A stretch of DNA of 64,000 nucleotides. It comes from Burkholderiales bacterium. Lineage in GTDB: Bacteria; Pseudomonadota; Gammaproteobacteria; Burkholderiales; Eutrophovitaceae. The stretch is taken from positions 23,312 through 87,311 of the forward strand of contig JBBDIL010000020.1 of assembly GCA_040880425.1 (NCBI GenBank), read 5' to 3'. Below, piece by piece: positions 41,832 to 51,800 of the stretch; the first letter of the stretch is position 1, and each line of letters starts with the position of its first letter. The notes under the pieces are model-generated. The model was given only the letters and a program-made list of their open reading frames with translations. It was not told the DNA's origin and did not search any database. Made by a program: the position numbers and the translations under genes.

Positions 41832-42749
41832 TCAGGGGATCGCGACTTCTTCGATCAGGCGTTGTGCGAGGTCCATGCCGTCAAGCGACGCATAGCCGTT
41901 TACCGGATGCAGCCGATGGCCCGCGACGCTCGGCAGCACCGACTGTAGATCCTCGGGAATCACTTCCCTGCGACCGTCCATGAATGCCCAGGCGCGCCCG
42001 GCATTCAGCAGGTACAGGCCCGCGCGCGGGCTCAGACCGTTCACGAAGTCCGGGGATTGCCGGGTATAGGCCAGCAGCGCCTGCAGGTAGTCGATCAGCG
42101 CCGGCGCAGTATGCAGGTCGCGCACCCGCTTCTGCAGCGAAAGCAGTTCCGGCGTGGTCAGTGCCGGCTCGAGATCGGAAATCATGTCCCGGCGTTCGCG
42201 CCCTTCGAGCAGCACACGTTCCGCCGCGCTGTCCGGGTAGCCCAGATGGATGCGCATCAGGAAACGGTCGAGCTGCGATTCCGGCAGCGGGAAGGTGCCG
42301 ACCTGGTGCGACGGATTCTGCGTGGCGATGACGAAGAACGGTTCCGGAAGCGGGCGCGTTTCGCCTTCGGCGGTGACCTGGTGTTCTTCCATCGCTTCCA
42401 GCAGCGCACTCTGGGCTTTCGGTGTGGCGCGATTGACTTCGTCCGCCAGGATCACCTGCGAGAAGACCGGCCCCGGATGGAACTTGAAAGTCGAGCTGTC
42501 CCGGTCGAACACCGATATGCCGAGGATGTCAGCCGGCAGCAGGTCACTGGTGAACTGGATGCGTTGAAAATCCAGTCCGAGAGTTCTGGCGAGCGCGTGC
42601 GCGAGCGTGGTTTTCCCCACGCCGGGCAGATCCTCGATCAGCAGATGCCCGCGCGCAAGCACGCACGCCAGGGTCAGTCTGATTTGATGCTCCTTGCCGA
42701 GGATGATGCGGCTGATCTGGCCGATAACAGGATCTAGCGGATGGGACAT
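41832..42749 (-). CDS. MoxR-family AAA+ ATPase
   Basis: A 305-aa protein with Walker A GVGKTT, Walker B ILADEVNR, and ATQNP. Confidence 0.85.
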   Translation of the reverse strand: MSHPLDPVIGQISRIILGKEHQIRLTLACVLARGHLLIEDLPGVGKTTLAHALARTLGLDFQRIQFTSDLLPADILGISVFDRDSSTFKFHPGPVFSQVILADEVNRATPKAQSALLEAMEEHQVTAEGETRPLPEPFFVIATQNPSHQVGTFPLPESQLDRFLMRIHLGYPDSAAERVLLEGRERRDMISDLEPALTTPELLSLQKRVRDLHTAPALIDYLQALLAYTRQSPDFVNGLSPRAGLYLLNAGRAWAFMDGRREVIPEDLQSVLPSVAGHRLHPVNGYASLDGMDLAQRLIEEVAIP

Positions 42750-42859
42750 GACGGAACGGTAAAGGAATGATTTGACGTACGTGCAATCAGGCAGCGCAGG
42801 AGGCGCGAAGTTTCACGTTGCCCCGAAGTGTAACCCAAGCCGCCACGGCCCCCGCAGGC

Positions 42860-45541
42860 TCAGGACGGCACCAGGGTCTTGACCAGGTGTTTGAGGGTGG
42901 GATCGTTCGGATCCGTGCGCGCACTGAAGCCGAGCGCCGTCATCAGCCGCAGCATCCTGTCATTGTTGTGCAGGACGTAGCCTTCCATGGTCTTCAGACC
43001 TTTTTCGCGAGCGGCATCGAACAGCGCGTGCATCAGCCGCGATCCAATGCCCCTGCCCTGCCAGCCGTCGGCGACTACGATGGCGAACTCACAGCTATCG
43101 CCGTCCGGATTGATGGCGTAGCGTGCGACGCCGATCTGCGTGGCCCTGCCATTTTCTTCGGCGATGGCGACGAGCGCCATCTCGCGGTCGTAGTCGATCT
43201 GGGTAAACCGCACCAGCATGCGCTCCGACAGCTCGCGCAGCGCGCTGATGAAGCGGAAATACTTGGATTCCTCCGACAGTCCGGCGACGAAAGCCTTCTC
43301 TGTTTCGGCATCCTCGGGGCGGATCGGGCGCACGACGATGGCGACGCCGTCGTCAAAGGTCCAGCGTTGCTCGAGGTGGGCGGGGTAGGGATGGATCGCC
43401 ATATGGGCATAGCGCTGCCCCGGCAGCGGGCGCTCCACGCGGGTCACCACGACGCGCGCGTCGGTTGCGACTGCGCCGTTGCCATCCACCGTCAACGGAT
43501 TGATATCGAGTTCCTGCAGGCCCGGCAGCTCGCAGGCCATCTCCGACACGCGCAACAGGACGGTTTCCAGCGCCTGCATGCCGCCGGCACCGGTCTGCTC
43601 CAGCAACGGCGCGACCCGCGTGCGCGCCACCATGTCGTGGGCCAGAAACCTGTTCAGCGGCGGCAGCGAGACGGCGCGGTCGCCGATCAGCTCGACCTGC
43701 GCGCCGCCTGCGCCGAACGCGATCACCGGCCCGAACAACGGATCGGTGAACAGACCCACCAGCAGTTCGAGGCCGTCGGGCTTGTCCACCATCGGTTCCA
43801 CTGCAATGCCGTCGATCTTCGCGTCCGGTGCCGACCTGCCGACTGCGACAAGAATCTGTTCGAATGCCGCATGCACTTCCTCGACGCTTCGCACATGCAG
43901 CCGTACGCCACCGGCCGCACGCTTGTGGGGGACATCGGCCGAACTGATCTTCATCGCTACCGGAAAACCGATCCTCTGCGCGATCGCCGACGCCTCACCG
44001 GCGGTGCGCGCAACTTCCGCCGCCACCACCGGAATCCTGAAGGCGGCGAGCAGGGCTTTCGATTCGTGCTCCGTGAGCACCTCGCGGCCCTGCGCCAGCA
44101 CCGAATCGATCAACGATTGCGCGGCCTCGATGTCCGGCGGTTCCTGGTGCGCGAGCGGGCCCGGCACCTGCATCAGCAGGCGCTGGTTGCGATAGAACGA
44201 AGCGACATTGGCGAACGCCTCGACCGCGGGCTCAGGCGTGCGAAACACCGGGATGCGGGCGTCGGTTAGCAGCGCGCGAGCCTGCTCCACCGTGCGGTCG
44301 CCCATCCAGCAGGCGAACAGCTGCTTGCTGCTGTCGCGCGCGAGATCGATCACGGTCTTCGCCACCTCGACCGGCTCGGTCATCAACTGCGGCGTAAGGA
44401 TCACCAGCAGTCCGTCCGCGCGCGGATCTTCCAGGCAGGCATGCACCGCTGCGCGATAGCGGCTGGTGTCGGCGTCCTCCAGCAGGTCCACCGGATTGTC
44501 GCGAGACCAGTCGGGCGGCAGCACGCGGTCCAGCCGGGCGATGGTCTGGCCGGACAGTTCCGGGACTTCTACCCCGATCTGGTTCGCCCAGTCCGCGGCC
44601 ATCACGCCGGGCCCGCCGCCGTTGGTGATGATGGCAAGCTGGTTGCCTACCGGCCGATAGCGCGAAGACAGGCACTTGGCGGCGGAGAACAACTGGATGA
44701 AGGTGCGCACACGTACCGCGCCGGCACGCCGGAGCGCGGCATCCGAAACCTCGTCTCGCCCGGCGAGCGAACGCGTGTGCGTAATCGCAGCGCGCAGCCC
44801 CGCGGCCTCCCGGCCCGACTTGAGCACGATCACCGGCTTGGCGCGGGCAGCGGCGCGCAGGGCGCTCATGAATTTCCTGGCGTTGCGGATGCCTTCCACG
44901 TACAGCACGATGCTTTCAGTGGCGGGATCCAGCGTGAGGAAATCCAGCACGTCGGCAAAATCGACGTCCAGCTTGTTACCGAGCGACACCACGCTTGAGA
45001 AACCGACCTCGTCGCTGTATGCCCAGTCGAGCACGGCGGAAACCAGTGCGCCGGATTGCGCCACCAGCGCCACCGAACCCGCACTGGCGCGGCTGGACGC
45101 AAAGGTGGCGTTCAGTCCGCTCGCCGGGCGCATGACCCCGAGCGAATTCGGACCGAGCACCCGTATGCGATGCCGCCTGGCCGAATCTGCCACCGCCTGC
45201 AGGTGTTTTGCGCCCGCCGGGGTTGCGTCGGTCAATCCCGATGACACGATCGCCACCGCGCGCACGCCGCGGGCGCCGCAGTCCTCGACGATTCCCGGGA
45301 TCGACTCGGCCCGCGTGGCGATCACTGCCAGATCGACCGCTTCGGGAAGTTCGCGCACGGTGGCATACACGGTGGCGCCGAAGGCGGCAGTACGACGTGG
45401 GTTGACCGCGTACAACCGGCCGCCGAAACCATCGAGCAGATGCCGCATCAGCGCCGCGCCCACGCTGGCGGGGTCCTCACTGGCGCCGACCACCGCGACG
45501 GAAGCCGGCATGAGCAGCGGGGCGAGGGGATGATTTTTCAC
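42860..45541 (-). CDS. Pat/YfiQ-type protein lysine acetyltransferase (NDP-forming acyl-CoA synthetase-like region plus C-terminal GNAT)
   Basis: An 893-aa protein with N-terminal CoA-binding (VAVVGAS), succinyl-CoA-synthetase-like and ATP-grasp regions, and a C-terminal GNAT motif (WQGRGIGSRLM). Confidence 0.8.
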   Translation of the reverse strand: MKNHPLAPLLMPASVAVVGASEDPASVGAALMRHLLDGFGGRLYAVNPRRTAAFGATVYATVRELPEAVDLAVIATRAESIPGIVEDCGARGVRAVAIVSSGLTDATPAGAKHLQAVADSARRHRIRVLGPNSLGVMRPASGLNATFASSRASAGSVALVAQSGALVSAVLDWAYSDEVGFSSVVSLGNKLDVDFADVLDFLTLDPATESIVLYVEGIRNARKFMSALRAAARAKPVIVLKSGREAAGLRAAITHTRSLAGRDEVSDAALRRAGAVRVRTFIQLFSAAKCLSSRYRPVGNQLAIITNGGGPGVMAADWANQIGVEVPELSGQTIARLDRVLPPDWSRDNPVDLLEDADTSRYRAAVHACLEDPRADGLLVILTPQLMTEPVEVAKTVIDLARDSSKQLFACWMGDRTVEQARALLTDARIPVFRTPEPAVEAFANVASFYRNQRLLMQVPGPLAHQEPPDIEAAQSLIDSVLAQGREVLTEHESKALLAAFRIPVVAAEVARTAGEASAIAQRIGFPVAMKISSADVPHKRAAGGVRLHVRSVEEVHAAFEQILVAVGRSAPDAKIDGIAVEPMVDKPDGLELLVGLFTDPLFGPVIAFGAGGAQVELIGDRAVSLPPLNRFLAHDMVARTRVAPLLEQTGAGGMQALETVLLRVSEMACELPGLQELDINPLTVDGNGAVATDARVVVTRVERPLPGQRYAHMAIHPYPAHLEQRWTFDDGVAIVVRPIRPEDAETEKAFVAGLSEESKYFRFISALRELSERMLVRFTQIDYDREMALVAIAEENGRATQIGVARYAINPDGDSCEFAIVVADGWQGRGIGSRLMHALFDAAREKGLKTMEGYVLHNNDRMLRLMTALGFSARTDPNDPTLKHLVKTLVPS

Positions 45542-45663
45542 GGCACTGGCACGAACGCGGGAATCTAAGTTAGGTTATCGGAAGTGCGCTGCCGAGCCAA
45601 ACCGTGAATAATCGCGGCGGCGAACGCAAGCAGACAATCATCCGTTTCATTATTCATTACAGC

Positions 45664-46587
45664 ATGCCCACCGCCTTCTTTCATCACAGCGACTGCCGCC
45701 TGCACGACATGGGCACGCATCACCCGGAAAGTCCCGCGCGTCTGACCGGAATCGAAGACCACCTGCTGGCGACCGGTGTGCTGCCGCACCTGCTGGAAAG
45801 GGAGGCGCCGCTGGCGTCTCGTGAAGCGCTTATCCGGGTGCACGAAGCCGATTACGTGGACATGCTCAAGGCGGCGATCCCCGAGCAGGGGATCATGCAC
45901 CTGGATCCGGATACCGCCATGTGCCCGCATACGCACCAGGCGGCGCTGCGGGCTGCCGGCGCTGCGGTGGCGGCGACCGACATGGTGATCGGCGGCGAGG
46001 CAGACAACGCTTTCTGCAACGTGCGCCCGCCCGGACATCACGCCGAGCGCCGGCGCGCGATGGGTTTCTGTTTTTTCAACAACGTCGCAGTCGCTGCCGC
46101 ACATGCGCTGGAAGCACACGGCCTGTCGCGGGTTGCGATCATCGACTTCGACGTGCACCACGGCAACGGCACGGAGGAGATCTTTGCCGGCGACGGGCGC
46201 GTGATGATGGCATCGACCTTCCAGCATCCGTTCTACCCTTACAGCGGAGCTGAAGGGCGGTCCGAGCGCATGGTCAACGTGCCGCTCGCAGCCTATGCCG
46301 GCAGCCGGGAGTTCCGCGAAGCGGTGGATCATGCATGGATGCCTGCACTCGGAAATTTCCGTCCGGAGATGATCTTCGTGTCGGCCGGATTCGACGCCCA
46401 CCGGGAAGACGATTTGGCCATGCTGGCCTTGACCGAGGCCGATTACGGCTGGGTCACCGCCCGCATCAAGCAGATCGCCGACCTGTCTGCCGGCGGCCGT
46501 ATCGTTTCCAGCCTGGAAGGCGGCTACCACATCGAGGCGCTGGCGCGCAGCGTGGCCGCGCACATCCGCGTGCTGGCTGACCTCTGA
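45664..46587 (+). CDS. Histone-deacetylase-family (class II / AcuC-like) zinc amidohydrolase
   Basis: HPESPAR, RPPGHHA and DFDVHHGNGT motifs. I chose ATG 45664. Confidence 0.85.
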   Translation: MPTAFFHHSDCRLHDMGTHHPESPARLTGIEDHLLATGVLPHLLEREAPLASREALIRVHEADYVDMLKAAIPEQGIMHLDPDTAMCPHTHQAALRAAGAAVAATDMVIGGEADNAFCNVRPPGHHAERRRAMGFCFFNNVAVAAAHALEAHGLSRVAIIDFDVHHGNGTEEIFAGDGRVMMASTFQHPFYPYSGAEGRSERMVNVPLAAYAGSREFREAVDHAWMPALGNFRPEMIFVSAGFDAHREDDLAMLALTEADYGWVTARIKQIADLSAGGRIVSSLEGGYHIEALARSVAAHIRVLADL

Positions 46588-46918
46588 TCACTGCTGTCCC
46601 GCTGCATTGGCGGTACGGCAGCTTTCGCGAATCGACATCCCCCGTTCGTCACGCCACCGTGTTCCCGGCTGCGGGAGCTGATCCTCACGCCGTCCGGGTT
46701 CCAGCCGGGCAATGCAGGAACTCGCACCCGCATTGACCTTTGATCGCAACGAAGCGGCTTAAGGTATTTCGCGCCCCTGACTAGGGAAAACCCCGATTTT
46801 TCCTTGCGTGACGGGCTGTTAACGTTGCATCCATGTTGAAACCCATCCTCGCTTCAGGCGTTTGCCCCTGCATGCCCAGGATGAATGGATTCGCGTACCC
46901 AGAGGATTGGATACAGGA

Positions 46919-47290
46919 ATGGGCAGCCCAAGAGTTCTGCTGATAGACGACAACACCGCGTTTCTTGCGGCAGCGTCACAGTATCTGACGGATTTCTGCG
47001 ACGCGACGGTCGTGGGCACTGCGCAGTCCGGTGCAGAGGGCGTGCAGTTGGCGGAAACGCTGCGGCCGGATGTGGTGCTGCTCGATTTCAGGATGCCTGG
47101 CATGGACGGGCTGGAAGCGACCCGCCGCATCAAGGCGCTCCCGCGGCCTCCGATCGTCATCATGGCATCGCTGAACGCCGAAACCCGGGAGCAAAGCCTG
47201 GCGGAGGGCTGCGATGCCTTCCTCTCCAAGCCGGCTTTCACCGATGAGATCGGGCCGCTGCTCACAACGTTACTGCAGGCCGAGAGCTGA
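46919..47290 (+). CDS. Single-domain CheY-like response regulator
   Basis: The 123-aa protein begins at MGSPRVLLIDDN. It has the phospho-acceptor context VVLLDFRMPGMDG and the conserved Lys in FLSKP. There is no output domain. Confidence 0.85.
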   Translation: MGSPRVLLIDDNTAFLAAASQYLTDFCDATVVGTAQSGAEGVQLAETLRPDVVLLDFRMPGMDGLEATRRIKALPRPPIVIMASLNAETREQSLAEGCDAFLSKPAFTDEIGPLLTTLLQAES

Positions 47291-47340
47291 CGGAAGGTCC
47301 TGCTCCGCAGTTACCAGGAAACAGGTTCACTCGCCACATT

Positions 47341-48804
47341 ATGAATACACCGCGCATTTCGATCGGCATTTCCGGACTGGATGAAATCGTCAGCGGCGGT
47401 TTGCCCGAACGACGGAGCTATCTGGTCGTCGGCAGCGCCGGCAGCGGCAAGACCATTCTGTCCCTGCAGTTTCTGATGGAAGGACAACGCCGCGGCGAGC
47501 GCACGGTTTACGTGACGCTGGCGGAACCGTCCAGCGACATCGCGCGCGATGCCGACAGTTTCGGCTGGTCGCTGGACGGCATCGAGTTCGTCGACCTGCT
47601 GAGCGACCGCGGCCCCACCGGCGGCGACGAGTATCACGTGTTCAGGGCTTCCGAAGTCGAGCATGTTCCGGTATGGCAGGGCATTTACGACACGGTAGCC
47701 CGCTGCCGCCCGCAGCGCCTCGTCATCGATTCGCTGACGCACCTGCGCTTCATCAGTACCGACGAGTACCAGTTCCGAAAACAGATTCTGACGCTGATCA
47801 ATCACCTGAGCGCATCGGGCTGCACCTCGCTGATGACTTACGAACCCGCCGAACTCGAACGCGAGGCGGCGGTCGGCCTGGCGACCGATGGCGTCATTCG
47901 CCTGAACAACACGATTTCCGCCGGAGTTGGCGCCGGTCTGCGCAGCGTGCAGGTGGAGAAGCTGCGCGGGTCCGATTTCCTTTCGGGCCGGCACCCGCTG
48001 CGCATCCGACCGAGCGGCATCGAGGTGCATCCGCACTGGGTGGAGCAGCCCGGCAGGACCCATCCGGGCCAGGTGCAGATCCCTTCCGGCATCGCGGCGC
48101 TGGACGAGTTGCTGGGCGGCGGGCTGGACAGCGGCACCACCACTTTGCTGAGCGGCCCCGCGGGCGTAGGCAAGAGTTCGCTCGGGCTGCAGTTCCTCGT
48201 GCGCAAAGTGGCAGAGGGCGGATCCTCGGTGATGTACACCTTCGAGGAATCGGAAGATTCCGTACTGGCCCGCAGCCGGGGCATCGGCATCCCCGTCGAG
48301 GATGCAATCAGGGCGGGGCGCCTGCGTATCGTGCGGGTAAATCCGATCGAGTTCTATCCGGACGAGTTTCTCGGTATGGTGCGCCGCGCGGTGGAACAGG
48401 GTGGCGTTTCCACCGTCATGGTGGACAGCCTGCGCGGGTACGAACTGGCGATGGAAGAGTTCGGCATGGCGAAGGCGCACATCCATAATCTGGTGGCCTA
48501 TCTTTCCGGACGCGGCGTGACCACGGTGCTGGTGAGCGAGGTGGAATACATCACCAGCGCCGATCTGCCCATCACCGACCAGGGCGTGAGTCATCTCGCC
48601 GACACCGTGCTGTTGCTGCGCTACGCGGAGACCGGGGGCGAGATCATCAAGGTCGTCAGCTGCCTGAAGAAGCGCGTGAGCGGTTTCCAGCCCGAGTTGC
48701 GGCAACTGACCGTGGACGCCGCCGGCATTCATGTCGGCGAAAAGCTCCGGCATCTGCGCGGCGTGCTGTCGGGTGCGCCTTCGATCCAGGTGCAACGGGA
48801 ATGA
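47341..48804 (+). CDS. KaiC-like double RecA-domain ATPase
   Basis: A 487-aa protein with two tandem halves. Each has GLDEx(3)GG and a Walker A (GSAGSGKT at the N-terminus; GPAGVGKS in the second half). The acidic motifs are TLAEP and TFEESED, and the Walker B is LVIDSL / VMVDSL. Confidence 0.8.
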   Translation: MNTPRISIGISGLDEIVSGGLPERRSYLVVGSAGSGKTILSLQFLMEGQRRGERTVYVTLAEPSSDIARDADSFGWSLDGIEFVDLLSDRGPTGGDEYHVFRASEVEHVPVWQGIYDTVARCRPQRLVIDSLTHLRFISTDEYQFRKQILTLINHLSASGCTSLMTYEPAELEREAAVGLATDGVIRLNNTISAGVGAGLRSVQVEKLRGSDFLSGRHPLRIRPSGIEVHPHWVEQPGRTHPGQVQIPSGIAALDELLGGGLDSGTTTLLSGPAGVGKSSLGLQFLVRKVAEGGSSVMYTFEESEDSVLARSRGIGIPVEDAIRAGRLRIVRVNPIEFYPDEFLGMVRRAVEQGGVSTVMVDSLRGYELAMEEFGMAKAHIHNLVAYLSGRGVTTVLVSEVEYITSADLPITDQGVSHLADTVLLLRYAETGGEIIKVVSCLKKRVSGFQPELRQLTVDAAGIHVGEKLRHLRGVLSGAPSIQVQRE

Positions 48805-51800
48805 TCGTCAGAGCTGAAGGCCCGGAGGCGACCATCGGCCTGCTGATCGGCGAGCGGGCCGATCGCGATCTGCTGGAAGCGTTCTTCGGCGAACTCGGCT
48901 ACCGCGTCACCGGCGGGCCGGTAAACACCCTCGACCCGGCGCAACTCGACACCGCATCCCTGCTCATCGTGGACGAACAGGCAGCACAGTCGTTTGCCGA
49001 TCCGTTGCTGGCACTCAAGCGTGCCATGGAGCCGGTGGTGCTGCCGATCCTGGTGCTGGTGCCCGAGCGCGCCCGTATCGGCGACTGGATCCGCCGCGGA
49101 TTCGACGATGTGCTGCGGGCACCGCTTGGCAAGGATGAGCTGCTCGCGCGGGTCGAGGCGCATCTGCGCCTGCGTGCCATCTCGGTCAGGGCGGCGCGCG
49201 ACAGCGCGGAGAAATTCAGGCAGACCTTCGATCTGGCACCATCCGGCATCGCGCATACCGCAATGGACAGCACGATACTGCTCGTCAATGCGCGGTTGTG
49301 CGACATGTTTGGTTATACCGAGCAGGAGCTTTGCCGGTTGAAACTGGTGGACCTGGTGTTCTCCGCCGAGCTCGACTCGACACTGGGTTTCCGGCGCAGA
49401 CTCGTGGAAGGAAGCTCGCAGCGTGAAGTCGTGGAGAAATCCTATCTGCGCAAGGACGGCACGGTCCTGTGGGCGGAGCAGGTAATGACGCTGGTGCGCG
49501 ACACTGCAGGGCAGCCGTCCTATTTCATATCGATAATCAACGACATTACCGACCGAAAGAAGCTTGAAACGGACATGCGCGCGGCCATACGGGCACGCGC
49601 GTTTGCGGCCCACTCCAACCGCGTATTGGTTCACGCCATGGGCGAACAGCAGTTGTTCGATGACATGTGCAAGGCCGCGGTCGAAAGCGGCGGCTACCGG
49701 ATGGCGTGGATCGGAATCCCGCAGCAAGACGAGGGAAGGACAATTCGAGTCGCGGCGGGCGCCGGCGTCGGTCTCGATTATCTCGATGCCATGCGCGTCA
49801 CATGGCGTGACGGCGACGAACGCGCGCAGAGCGCTGCGGGGACCGCGGTACGCACCGGTGTGACGACCATCATCGCCGACACGGCACGCGATCCCCGTAT
49901 GGCACCATGGCGGCTGGCGCTTATGGCGAACGGATTCCGCTCGATTATCGGCTTGCCCTTGGTCTCCACGGGCAGAGTGCTGGGCGTTCTGGTATTGCAT
50001 GCCGGCGAACCAGACGCCTTTTCGCGCGAGGAAGTGGCGTTGCTGGAGGAATTGGCCGCCGATACGGCATATGGCGTGGCGGCGTTGCGCAACCGTGATG
50101 CGCGCCTCGCGGCGGAGCGGGCGTTGGAAGAGTCGGCGCGGTTTGCCATTGCGACCATCGATGCTCTGTCGAATCATGTCTGCGTCCTAGACGAAAGCGG
50201 CACTATTCTGGCTGTAAACCGCGCCTGGCGCGCGTTTGCCGAAAGCAACGGCGGACTGCAGAGCGACTCGATGTTCGAGGGCGGCAACTATCTGGAAGTG
50301 TGCGACCGCGCCGCCGGCGCCCACGCCGATGAGGCGCCGATCGTAGCTGAAGCGCTGCGCGGGATCATCGCCGGCACCCGCGACGAGTTTTCGATCGAGT
50401 ATCCGTGTCATGGCCCGGAGAACGAACGCTGGTTTTTGATGACCGTTTCGCGGTTCGCAGGCGAAGGCCCAACGCGCGTGGTGGTTACTCATGAAGACAT
50501 TACGGCGAACAAGCAGGCCGACCGTGAACTGCGCGAAAGCGAGGAACGCTTCCGCAGCCTGACCGAACTGTCGTCCGACTGGTACTGGGAGCAGGACGAG
50601 AACTACAGATTCATTCGCCTGCCCGGCGGTACCGAACGTGTCAACCCGAGCGACCACATCGGCAAGACCCGCTGGGAGATCGGCTACGCCAACATGACGG
50701 AGGCCGACTGGGCCGGACACAGGGCGATGCTGGATGCGCGGCAACCGTTCCGTGACCTGGTGTTCTCGCGCACCCGCGCCGACGGCGGGACGTATTTCGT
50801 AAGCATTAGCGGCGAGCCGATTTTCGACGAACGGGGCAACTTCAAGGGTTATCGCGGCGTGGGACGCGACATCACGCTGCAGAAAGAAGCGGAAGCCGCG
50901 CTGCGGGATAACGAGGAGCGCCTGCGCTCGACGCTGGATGCGGCGCTCGATTGCGTGATCTCGATCGATGTCGCGGGTCGCATCATCGACTTCAATCCCG
51001 CCGCCGAAAAAACCTTCGGCTACTCACGTGCCGAGGCGCTCGGGCAGGACATGGCGTCGCTGATGATTCCGGAGCGGTATCGCGAGGCGCATTTCCGCGG
51101 CATGACCCGGCACCTCGAGAACCCGGATTTCCATGCGCTGAACCGGCGCCGCGAAGTGCAGGCGCTGCGACGCGACGGCAGCGAGTTTCCCGCGGAGATC
51201 GCTGTGGTCTCGACGCGTACGCATGATCAGACCGTATTCACCGCGTTTCTGCGCGACGTCAGCGAACGCAAGGCCGCCGAGACCCGTCTGCTGCACATGG
51301 CGCATTACGACAGCCTGACCGATCTGCCCAACCGCGTGCTGATCCAGGATCGCCTGCGGCAGGCGGTGGCGCAGGCATTGCGCAGCAACCGGCCCGGCGC
51401 CTTGCTGTTCATCGATCTCGACCGCTTCAAGTGGGTGAACGATACGCTCGGGCATCCGGTTGGCGACAGGCTGCTCAAGGAGGTCTCGGCGCGTCTGGAA
51501 CAGTGCCTGCGTTCCGGCGATACCGTCGGCCGCCTCGGCGGGGACGAGTTCGCGGTGATCCTTTCCAACCTGTCGAAAGCACAGGATGCGCAGATCGTGG
51601 CGCAGAACATCATGTGCGCATTCGACCGGCCGTTCGAGAGCAAGGGGCACGAGACCTTCGTGACCGTCAGCGTCGGCATCACGGTGTTTCCGAACGACGG
51701 ACAGGACGCCGACACCCTGATCCGCAATGCGGATGCCGCGATGTACCGGGCCAAGGACGACGGCCGCAATACCTTCGCCTTGTTTACCAGCGACATGAAT

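Noticed and set aside
46608-46622. A sigma54-like spacing, TGGCGGTACGGCAGC (GG and GC 10 nt apart), upstream of the REC/KaiC-like operon.
   Set aside because: The -12 element lacks the TTGC core. The site lies about 300 nt from the REC start and overlaps the hairpin that follows the deacetylase gene. It is too weak to call.
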